Positions 13,748 to 25,600 of a stretch of 64,000 bases of DNA are shown piece by piece; position 1 is the first letter of the stretch, and each line of letters opens with the position of its first letter. This DNA is from Chrysomallon squamiferum. Lineage: Eukaryota; Animalia; Mollusca. The notes beneath the pieces are model-generated. The model ran no database searches. It was not told the DNA's origin and worked only from the letters and a program-made list of their open reading frames with translations. A program made the translations under genes and the position numbers. The DNA lies in assembly GCA_012295275.1 (NCBI GenBank), contig CM022679.1, positions 20,150,001 to 20,214,000 of the forward strand, read 5' to 3'.

Positions 13748-14946
13748 GCGTGAAATCATTTTTATTGTTCTGAAAGTAAAAGATCGCCACACAGTGTGAT
13801 AATGAATATTTATGAGAATGTGACGTTGAGTTGGCAATGTGCTGTTAATAATAATTATTTTTATATTATGTGGATCCAGCGCATATCTGTTTTCAAAGGA
13901 TGAAGATAATATTTAAAAAAATTATTTTTGTATCTAGGATAACATAATTATTATACAGTTGCAGCGATCATGTAGCAATAATTTAGCTGCACAACACCTG
14001 GTGCAACAGCCTTGAGTATAGAGGCCATACAGTTAGCAGCAAATTTCAGAGGACATGGTTTGCGTCCCTTCAAAATGCCAGAGGGGGTAATTTGTAAATA
14101 AGACAGTTGTCACTTATATCTATTTTGTTTAAGGACAAAACACGTGAACTTCTGATACCAAAAGTGTAAAACAATGGCATGGCAGCCTGTTTAAATAAAC
14201 GGGTGTTAGATATTGCTGCCATTGCTGATGAATGGCGGGCAAACTCATCGTAAGCCATCTCTTATGTAGCGAGGCATCTGATGTTACACCAAACCTGCCT
14301 ATTACTGTCTCTTCAGTCTTACTGTCATGTCAGATTTACACAGAATATAAAAATAACCTCTTGGACTGACAGATGCAACAACTTTGACAATTATCAGTTC
14401 TAATAGGTACTGGCAAGCAAATTTTTTCTGACTTTAATTTCACATAATACGCAAATTGGTATGCAGGTATCTGGTTGGTTTTCAGCCCTATTTTGGCTAA
14501 TTAGCAGAAAGGGCTACTTTGGCCAACTGTAGTTTGAAAAGTAATTGACACAAAAGGCTGAAAATCAACAACAGTGATGGGACCAACTTGCTAAATGAGC
14601 TCAATTTTTGTCAGACCTGAATGTTTGTATGTGTGTTCTCAATATCATGCTAAACATGCCAAAATCTTCAAAATGACACACAGCAAAATGACTAATAGTG
14701 CAAAAAGACACTGTGGTTTTTTGTCTTATTTGATAAATTCAACCTGTGTTGTGAACAATATATCAAGATCTTTCAAATGACATACTTGAATCTAACAATT
14801 TTAATAAAAATAAAAATGTTTCTTTTTTCTGCCCATAAAAAAAATTACCTTTTCAATTTATATAGAACAGCACAACTTTATTTATATAAACAGCTTGAAT
14901 TTTCACTTTATTATATAATTAGTAATAAGTTAAGATACTGTGATGC

Positions 14947-14982
<36 letters not shown>

Positions 14983-17930
14983 GTTACTTAAAAGGTCTAC
15001 AAGCATTTGATGTTTAACCATAATCCTTTGCAATACATAAACTCAGCTAATCCTTTGAGTCAACTCCAGAAAGGTGTTGCAGGTATTAATTAGGGACAAT
15101 AAAATATATGTAATCATAAGACTAGAGGCAATTAAAGACACAGTGTTATACGTCTGTCATTTGAAGCAAACACAAAATAATTTTCTTAGCTTTGTACTTG
15201 CTGTGATTTGACAGCAAACACAAGTTATGTATTATCTGAGCATTGATGAAATTTTCTCTGATAGAGCTTATCAACAAGCAATAATAAGGTTTTAAAACTG
15301 ATCAATTTATGATTTTATATTTTAAAAAAAGTGCTTTGATTTTTATTCAGCATTCCATCAATACCTCTGAATACATTGTTCTGTTCTGTTGTATAGTTTG
15401 TTATGTTTACGATTCTTAATTCGCTGTTTATCGCAAGAATTTTGTAAGCAAAACATCTGACGGTTTTAAAAGGAAGATAGTAATCTGCAAAACAATGTTA
15501 ATTTGTTTATTTCAGAACATGATTTTGCTATGCACATGCTTTAATGCATACACTAAAAGTGGAAAAACATACAGCCAACAAGTTATTATAAATATAAACA
15601 ACATATAATCATTTTAAACAGTGCCAGACCTTTCTAGCTGGTACATAAAATCTACAGCGATTTCATTCTGTAGAAAACTTAACGTAATGGCGATTTCGCT
15701 AAGCACGTGCTACTTTCAAACATGGAGCTTCTTTTCACCGCAGTGTTACACATTGTTTTGAAAGGTAATTGAACGATCTTTCATTTGATCCCGTGAACAT
15801 AGGTTTTATTTTCAGCCATTTTTTTTCAAAATTGGTTCGAAGGCATGAAAAAGTACGTTTTTGGACACAACTTATGAAGCCATTTTGGCGAAAACAAGCC
15901 AGGCATTTGTATAGCAACCCTATTTTAGGACTTTTTACTCCATGCCGTTTATTGCTGACCACGAGTGCCTAAGTGCATTTACCCCCACTGAGTTTAACAC
16001 TTGTATGAAGAACTGATTTAACATACAACAAGAACAACAACACTATTTAAAAGAGCACATAATGTCTTTAGTTACATGTATTTGTTTTTTATGGTAGGAT
16101 TTATAGAAAGGATTTGGGAGTGGAGAAAAATATACAAAATCTGAACTTTTAACAGCTTCGACCAATTATATCGGCTAGGCTGCCGGTACCTAGTCTATAC
16201 TGTATTAACGATTATGCATGTGCTTGAAAAAAGAAATGGTGAAAAAAATCTAAATTGATAAACAAGTAAGACTATTTACTATTTTTATGCACTGAAACGT
16301 AAAAGGAAATCAGTCTATCAGTAATTTATGATTTGTGTATCATATTTTATGTAACTTCTCATATATCATACACACAACTCACCCTGACAAATGCATCCCT
16401 GTATCCCCCATTGAGATGAACATAATTCAGAATTTTGGCTGTTCTCCAACCATTGCTTAGAGGGGCTATACTTCTTTCAATAGGATCAAACACATTTTTG
16501 AAGTTTTTGGGGTAATTTGAATCTGCAATACATTAAGAAAGAAAATCTTTCTGTTTTTAAAAAATACTTTTCTAATTATAAAATAAAATATATAAACTAT
16601 TTACAATTCAATTTAAAATGTTGTCAAATTTCTGAAGTCTTCTGAGAATTTAAAAACAAAAAAAAAAAATTCTAATATACCTTGAGTTAAATTATTAAAT
16701 ACTGTAACACTGATACTGCATTATTTGCTAAGAAGTAATTTTTAAAAAGTACAACATATAATAGAGAAATTTATATTGTTGAGAAATAAAAAAACTGATG
16801 AATACAGAATATGCGAGGCAATATATCTAACCTTTCAATGTTTCAACATGTTTTCCAAGGTTGGTTTCAAAATCTATAGCAAGTTTTGCACAACCAGTCA
16901 CACACTGCTCTGCTGTGATCTCAGAAAACTCTGGAAATGACCCATCTGTCTGTTTTAACAAAGGATTGGTGTCTGGAGTATCAGGTGGAATTTCAGGTAA
17001 TCTATAATAAAAAGTTACATTAATATATATATATATATATATGCAATTGTTATAAATGTGAACAGTTTTCTTTGTGGATTTAAATAGTGTAATGGGCAGA
17101 TGTTAGAACGCTGAACTGTCATCAAAAGGTTGCAAGGTTAAGGTAATAATTTTAAATAATAAATAATAAGATATATTAAGCATGGAATTGTGGTTTCTAT
17201 TGAGTGTCCTATAATGATGATAATGGAATTGTGAATTGTATTGTGTCCTATGATGATGATGATGATAATAATAATAATAATAAAACACAAAACAACTGAA
17301 TAAAGATCACATTAGATGAATTTTAACATTATACATGTTTATAATGAATCCAAGACATACATTTTTAATACATATCTATAAATTGAACCATATTCATAAA
17401 ATTAAAAATAAAATCCTGATTACAACATTTAAATGAAATTAAACATATAATTGTGAAAAACTACAATTTTAAACGTTTCATTTAAAAAAAAATATATTTA
17501 ACATATTTTGGTTTTTACATCATTTCACAATGACATTCTAATTCATTATAAAAAGTATGGTTCACAGTTTTATTTATCAAATGGTATTCTTCATAGACAA
17601 ATAAATTTGCGCTATTTGAATGTCAAAATATTTTAAATATACAATTTCAATGCATTTTAAAGCACAAAAATTTTGTTTTAGCTTTATGAAATTTTGCTAC
17701 GGTTCCGTTTTCTCTATAACCCTGATGTAGGACAAGCAAGTGTGTGAACGTGACCATGTAACATTCAAACTAGATAACATTTAATGTCAATTCGTCGATT
17801 TAAAACATTATATATGTAACAAATCTTACAAAACATAATATGCATTTGATGCACATCGCAGTGATGTTTTCCAAACAGTTTTTGTCGAACAAGACACACA
17901 TGTCAACCTTCCGACAACGGAAGCTGCCAT
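6680..17930 (-). CDS. M3A family oligopeptidase A (PrlC/OOP)-like protein with probable mitochondrial presequence and degenerate zinc-binding site; 18 exons, 724 aa
   Basis: Exons 17830-17930, 16832-17001, 16383-16522, 13258-13326, 12904-13064, 12387-12491, 11888-12076, 11168-11269, 10515-10655, 9948-10044, 9758-9824, 9473-9556, 9154-9275, 8598-8802, 8234-8309, 7649-7796, 7048-7127 and 6680-6797 join in frame (2175 nt, GT-AG introns). M3A motifs: NPLL...FPEFSEI, GPWVVNL, LARLLGFENFAEMSMETKMA, WDIPYWRR, DVWHEDVRFY, EFGHGLQQMLT, NIEWDA, HFETGESLP, RFRDTYLSLGGG...EVFRRFRGRDPS. Confidence 0.88.
13690..13742. repeat. (TG)n microsatellite
   Basis: Directly visible dinucleotide run in intron 3 of the oligopeptidase gene. 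Confidence 0.95.
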
Positions 17931-19042
17931 GTTTAGGGTATTTTGTTTAGTTGATATTCGTTATTTTCCACCTTTCTCTTAAGCACAACTAAAAATCGAA
18001 ATAATAATCTACAACATATATAAGTTTCATAAAAGTATTAACCAAACATTTTTTTTTTTTTTCGGGAATTGCTGATAGTTTACATTTTTCAAATTATTAA
18101 TGGAATAAGATGATGAAAATAAATGTAAGCTTATTAATTCATTTAACGACCCATGTTCGATTCTTTTAGAGTCATCAGGTTTTCTTGTTGTTTCATGATG
18201 CTGATTTGATGGCACTCCATAATACATTTATAAATTAATTGCATACTATTTCAGGTACTGTTTTCACAGAAACGAGGAAAGCGATGGAATGTACTGTGTT
18301 GATAATTTGGTGCACCAGGGACATAAACTGTCTTTCCCACAAGTAGACAAGTCATGTCCTTTTGTACATTGTGCCAGCTAAAGCTAAAATGGCACCACAA
18401 TGGATCTGCCTCAGCATGTATAATAATTATAGTTAAATATAATAAATATAATAAATAAAACATTTATAAAACAAATAAGGACTAATTTTTTTCTAAGTCA
18501 AAGAATAGGTATAATAATGACTACTAATAAACGATATATAAAACCAATAATATATACATTTCAGTCCACTTGCACAGAATGCTAATAAATTTATTTTATA
18601 TCCTTTCTTGATCTTTCTGTTAAAAACTACCCTTGTGACGGCTTATTACTAGATTATCTGAATTTATCATTATAACAAGAGCCGAAAAAACAATAGAAGC
18701 TATATTAAGACAATGCATTATTTTTTATAGAATGCTTCCTTTCCAGTTTACAATATACTATATAATTTTTAAAATACTTCTTGTAAAAAAACTAATATTT
18801 CGGCTTACGGAAAAATAACTCGACAGCCGTAGTTATTTATAGAAAGAAGAACTTCCCCACCGCCCAATGAAAACACATCAAATAGTTGAAATATTTATGT
18901 TCATTAAATAGATATTAACCAGTATGATAATATTTGTGGTTCTTTTTTTCATGCATTATTAGTTGAATTAATTTTCCATCAAAACAATCACAAACTGGGA
19001 TCTACAGAAAAATGCGTTTTCAGATCAATGGTTTGGGGGAAA

Positions 19043-19095
19043 CCGGAAGTTTGTCTTGTGACGTCATGGGCGGGGTAAAACACTCAAGATGGCGG
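19043..19095 (+). promoter_or_regulatory. Compact promoter motif cluster of the G-alpha12/13 gene (ETS/GABP, CRE, GC box, YY1)
   Basis: CCGGAAGT 19043-19050, TGACGTCA 19059-19066, GGGCGGGG 19068-19075, and AAGATGGCGG 19086-19095 overlapping the ATG, all within 53 bp of otherwise very AT-rich DNA. Confidence 0.65.
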
Positions 19096-19566
19096 AGGTG
19101 ATCATGTCATGTTGTGTCAGCGATCACGAAAAAACGCAACGTGCTCATAGTCGGCAGATTGACAAAAAATTATACAAAGACAAATTGACATTTAGTCGGA
19201 CAGTTAGACTGTTACTGTTAGGTGCCGGGGAAAGCGGTAAGAGTACATTTCTGAAACAAATGAGGATTATCCATGGTCAGGAATTCGACGATGAACAGTT
19301 GAAAGAGTTTAAGACTTGTATTTACAATAATATCATAAAAGGCATGCGAGTGTTGATAGATGCAAGGAATAAACTTGGCATTCCACTCACAGATGAAACT
19401 AATTCAAAAAATGAAATTTTTGTGTTTAATTTTGATGGCACTCAAAAGTTGGATGAACAACAGTTTTCACTTTATATCGAACCTATGAAAAAACTCTGGC
19501 AAGATGGGGGAATTCGCAGTGCATTTGATCGCAGAAGAGAATTTCAGCTGGTAAGTTGAAATTGGA

Positions 19567-19605
<39 letters not shown>

Positions 19606-22600
19606 AGTGTAAGTTTCAACATAAATGAAATTGGAATTATGTTTACAATAAATATTTAAAAGAAATATATAAGTAAAGAAAAAAAAGGTAGATGATAAAG
19701 TAAAAACAAACCTACTAGAAATCATTGATCAACAATATTCATTATTTTATGACATTGCTTGAAATTTGAGTGGTGGCATTAACTTTGTCTTTTTTGTCAT
19801 TTTTGAAAAAGTAAAGGAAAAAAAAAAATGCAACAGTCAGTTATTTTAAAGCATGCTGAGGTGTTTTTAACCAAATAACTATTAATGCCCAAATTGATAA
19901 AAATTAGTATTAATTATGGTTATTTAAACAAACAAACATGGAAAGCACATTAAAAATTAAAACAGAAAGATAATTTAGTTTCCTTTATATCACCAGTATA
20001 ATCACACATACAGTGATATACGGACACCATGATGTTAATATTTTAATAATATATGTATTTATGTAGGTTTTCTTACAGTTACAGTGTATAATGCATTCAT
20101 TTTATCCTTGTTTCAAAAAGAAACTTGATAAATTTATTGATACTTTTCTTACTTAGTCATTTTAATTTGATCATTTAAGATATTCTTACTGTTAAAAAGA
20201 ATTGCTGTTTGTTTTGAAACAGTCAGAATGTCATCCAGAAAATTTTTGTTTTTGGCAACATAAAAGAATATCAATTTATTCAATCTAAAACACGTTTTTT
20301 TTTTTAAAGTGTCCTTGAACAAAAGATTCATGTAGCTATCTAGCCGCTGTATCAGAGAAATTGGTTAACATAATACTATCACTGTATCAATGCTGAATGC
20401 TTCATTTAATAAGAATAATGGATATGGATAAATAACATCATATGGTAACAGTGATAGGTCAGACACTACATGTTTGTCATTTTTTGGTTTCAACTTGTAT
20501 AGTTATGTTATTTGTTGCTGTGCATTCAGTGTTATTGGCATTTTTCAAAATGATGTTTTTGAAATAATCAGTGAATTTTATAAAAAACACACATTAGAAA
20601 TATGTCATAATTGCAGCTTTGTAAGATATTCAAAATACCAATCAGTATCGTTACAGATATTTAAACAATATAATTAAATATAAATTATATTTTAAATTAA
20701 AATAAACACACACGCACACACACACACAAAATATATATTATATACACTCATAATGTAAGACATTTTGAATTGAGGAGATTTCAGTAATTTTAACTTGAGA
20801 ACTAATTCTTGCTGCACATGTTGCTAAAATTGAAACATGAACTCTTTGAAATTATACAAGTCTGCTTACAAATTGCCAACATTACTAAATTTAGATAACC
20901 ATCGGCTAGGAGAGTTGCAGTGGTTGTAGTTATGAATGTAGGGCAATACTTCTATCTGTATGTTCTTCTCAGGCAGCCCAGAATGATAAGAGCAGGTACC
21001 TTTGATAAGCCATGGAACAAATTTATATCCTACATCAGTACATACGGATCTCAGGAGTTTAAAACAGCAAAGCACAAGATAAAAGTGTAAATAGATTGAG
21101 TATACCATGGATAAAGTGGTTGTAACATGTTACATTTTTTTATGTTTGTGCCTTGAAGGCATTGATTTGCTTTCAAATTATGTTTTCAAACTACATAAAA
21201 AAACCTAATAAAATATATAGCCAAATTTTAAAGAAAATTAATAAGCAATTTTTTTATTTTCAAACTATTATTTTAATAAGCATAATGTTTTCTTTTGCCC
21301 AAATTCTGTTTCAGGCTGAAGCCCATAAACTGCCTAATCTTTAAAAATTAGTTTAGCTTATAAATTTTTCTTGTGGAAAATAATAATAATAATAACAACA
21401 GTAAAAAAAATTAGGTATTGGTCAGATGATACTGTAATATTTCAGAAGTCTCAAGAACATAGGAAGTTGGCAATATTTTCATGATTCTAGAAAATTCCAG
21501 TAGATGTTGTTTCCCTTGATTCTTAGGATCCTAATGCAATCTTATCTGTGGTTTTAAAATATTTTTAAAAAATTACTCTATACTAAATCGAATTATGCCA
21601 GAATACTGCAGTCAGTATGGTTTATGTGGATTTTAGCAGTTCTTAACAGTACCTAAAGGTTGGATTTCTAATTATGAACATGCACAGAATGAAATTACTT
21701 TATCTTGTGTAAGTGTCCTGAGTGTCATGTTGATGGGTGTCTGAACCTTATATCTTTGGATACAGCAATCTTATTAAAGCAAAAACATATGTCAAATATT
21801 ACATACAAACATATATATGTACATACAAGTATGTATTATGTCACAATGAACATAAGCCAAATTTTACTTGGAAGCAGTGTAATGATATAATTCTATAATC
21901 TACACTGTCTCCAAGTAAAATTTGGATTATGTTCATTGTGAACTATTATACTGTAATAGATACATTCAAGTTGTACTTTGCATTAATAGCTTTGGGTACA
22001 AGCATTATTTATAACATTACTGAATTGATAGCGATACTGTTTTATTACTGTTACTTACTTCTTTCTATAATACAGTAATAATGTCATAAACAACATTGAC
22101 CTTATTAGTGTATCAGTCACCCAAAGAGGTATGAATGTAATATAATTAGCATTCCACACATTCCTTTAGCCCATCATTATTAATATACAGTGTTACGTCA
22201 GTTGATTAGATCTGTATTCAGGACTGAATTCCTACACATATTTCTGTTATAAAAAAATAAAACAGTAGCCAGTCATGAAATTAAGAAAAGTTATCTTTTC
22301 CCTCTCATTGTGTTTTCATATTATTTGTTATTTTATGAAGGCCTACATTGTACGCCTACTGTAACATAACTTGCACGAGCTGTAACTTGCACGAACATAC
22401 CATAATAACGTAAATGCATGTACTACACGAGCTATAGCCTAAATGTATCATAAATAGTATCTCTTTAATGTAATAGGTCTAACATGGAGACCTAACTTAC
22501 CGTTATATTTAGTCGATTTGTCGGTAGTGGATATTAATGACGATTGCAATATTATTTCACCAAATTCTTTACAATTACAGAAGTGAGTTTTGTTTATGAA

Positions 22601-25600
22601 ATTAGGACCGATATTTAGTGCAATTTGGCAGAGAAGTCTGCATTCCTAGATCATTGCACGGCACCGTACTGACGGTTTTCTCGCTTTTAAATGTATTTTT
22701 ATGTCATTAAACGGAAGAATATCATGTTTTACATTCATATTTGGTTTTGTTATTTAATTTTTCAAAAAATTTTGTACGATAAAATTTTATTTTTGAAAAG
22801 CTGAAAGACCGCGATTATTTTAGATGCATCCCGTAGCAAAAAATAGTCAAAATGGCGACTCTTCAGCAACAGCTACAAAAGCATTACCTATGTATAAGTC
22901 GACCCCCAAAATATTACCTTAATATAGTCTCCCAAAATTCGACTTATACACAAGTATATACGGTAAATATTCAAGAATAATTTAATCTTGTAAATGTAAC
23001 CATGTAGAAAAATAATAAAACAAAATCCTTAGGATTCTGAAATGTATTAAAGAATATCCTATGTCACTGTTCACAAATTAATTTTTATTTGTTAATATAA
23101 ATTTATGAAAGCACATCATTATTATCTTGTTTCAACCATCCTTGAACATCAAATACCATAAATACATTCCTGCCATGTTAACTGGGTCATGTCTAGTTTT
23201 CAGAATTGTTCAGTGAAAAACAAATTGTTGATATAAGTAGAAGTCTTTAACTACAAAACAAATAATGCACAGACCAGAGATTCTTTCTCAAATATTGACT
23301 CTGATTCACTGAAGATGTTAGTGAAGGAAGAAATTTGTTGTTTTTTATATCTTCAAATGGGGCAGGTGTCCAGTGATGTGTGAAAAAACTCTGTTACTAG
23401 CGACTGTTTAACTGAAAAAAATGTACATGAAACATCTTAATGTCCGTTATCTTGGGCTGTATAAGAAGAAGATAACAGATGAACCAGTTTTTAAATAACT
23501 TGCATTCTGATGGTTAGAACAACATTTCTAGAATTAAATTAATTTTGGATTTTTTTAATTTAATATTTTTGTATTATTATTTAAATAAATAAATAAATAA
23601 GTCAGTAAAGTAAATACACACATTTAATAATAAAAATACAAAAATATGAAATTCTGATTATGGAAGAAGAAAAATAATCATGATAATTTTTAAGAAAACT
23701 TTATGTAATTAACTTATTTCTGGGGTTATGGGAGTATAATACAAAATAAAAAAATATTTCAAAGAAGAAAAAGTCATAAAAATTATTGATCAAATGTGCT
23801 GTTCAGTTAAGTTTTAAAAATATATCATGCACTTAATTTATTGGCATGTATGTATGTAAATATATGTTTTTATGTGTTTGTGTTATAACCTCCCAAAACT
23901 GAGCAATGCTAATTAGAAAAATAAAATGTGTATTGTTTAACATTTTTAACCAGTTTGTATATGTAAAGTTTGGATAAGAGAGATAAACTACTGTATGGTT
24001 TGGTGCAGAGTTGAAAGCTTACAAGAGCAGTTTTTATCCAGTTCTAGGACCTGAGATGACCTTGTCAGCCTCATATATAGCATACTGCAGCCAGCTGACA
24101 AGCTAAATGATTGTGTCAGCTCTCATAGTTCCAGTCTTAATGGTTGCCATTTATCACAGCACAAATTTAATGTGTATAGAGTTATTGTAGCTTTATTTCC
24201 AAATGGGACCTGAATACTAAGATACATACCATTTTGCGTTTATATTCTGGAACAGTATTCTTTTAATGTTGATGTATTTTTTAAGTTCTTTGCATGCAAA
24301 CTTGCTGTTTCCAAATAATGGTGATGATTTGTTGAATTCTGTGCTTAAATGTTAAATGTAATTTTAGATACATTTTGAAAAATGTTTTATTTGTGGAAGG
24401 GTGCAGAGAATTTAAGAAGAATTTGACAGATTTATTATCATGTTTTATCAGTAACAGATTTTTTTCTTATTTTTTTCTCTAGCATACACTATAAAAGTTA
24501 AATGCATTAAAAATTATAAAGCTTTGCACCAGAATAAATTTCATGTTCTTCTTGTCAGAGTTTTGACTTTGGTGGGAATTTGTGAACCTTTGCTGTGAAA
24601 TCAATTTACCATATGAGAAAATAGAACTTTTTAAAAAATCCTCCTTATTTTTTCTTTTCTGTTTGGTTAAAAGAAAAGAAAACAAATTCACTGAACTAGA
24701 AAGGTTTTATATCTTAATATAAAAAAAAGCTTTTTATAAATTATTATTTTTATCTCAGTCTCTCTTTTTTCCTATATGTATTGTGTGTTCATTTATATGT
24801 TTGTGTTTTTTCTGATATGAATATAAAACTGAACCAGTATAATATATTATCTGAAGAGTAGAATTTCAAAACATATTATGCTTAGTTGTAATATGATATG
24901 CATATTAAATACTGCAAGTGCTCATAAACAGAAAAAGTTTGTGTCAAAATGGCATAAATCAATTACTTAATATAAAGTGTTGTTTTTTTGTTTGTTTTTG
25001 CATCAACAAATCTGTTCGCTTGAAGTATCATTACAGAGAATATATTATGTAGTTATCTTTTAATTTTTATATTTTATTTTATTTATTTGTTTATTATATA
25101 TATATTTGTTTATTTAGAATTAATTTAAAATATAATGTAGACCTAAACGTATTTTTAGTTTCTTTTTTCACTTCAGGAATGTTACTCAGAAACACCAGTC
25201 TTTGTTTTTCATCTAATTTCAGTTCTGATTGTTGTCATTCTATATTATCATCCCCAAACAATTGGCATTAAATGTCACATTCAGAACAGTATCAGCACAT
25301 TTATGTTTACACCTCTGAAACTCTATTTATCTGGATGAATGAATTAATGTTTAATGACAACCCAACACAGAAAAACAGATCAGCTGTTGGGTTATATATT
25401 TGTCTGTTACATATCACACTGTGTACACATTTATGAGCTATTAATAGTATTGTTTACAAGACTCTACATGCAATGAAAAACAAAGGCCATTAATAAAAAA
25501 TCCGATAATTAGCTAAGTTAATGAAACATTTTTGTTATAGGGTTAACTATAGCAATAATGGGGCTAGTACTAGTAAAATTTAGTATGTTGTGTTTCACAG

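Noticed and set aside
13456-15990. Possible hAT element bounded by CAGTGG...CCACTG
   Set aside because: Only about 6 bp of inverted match and no 8-bp target-site duplication.
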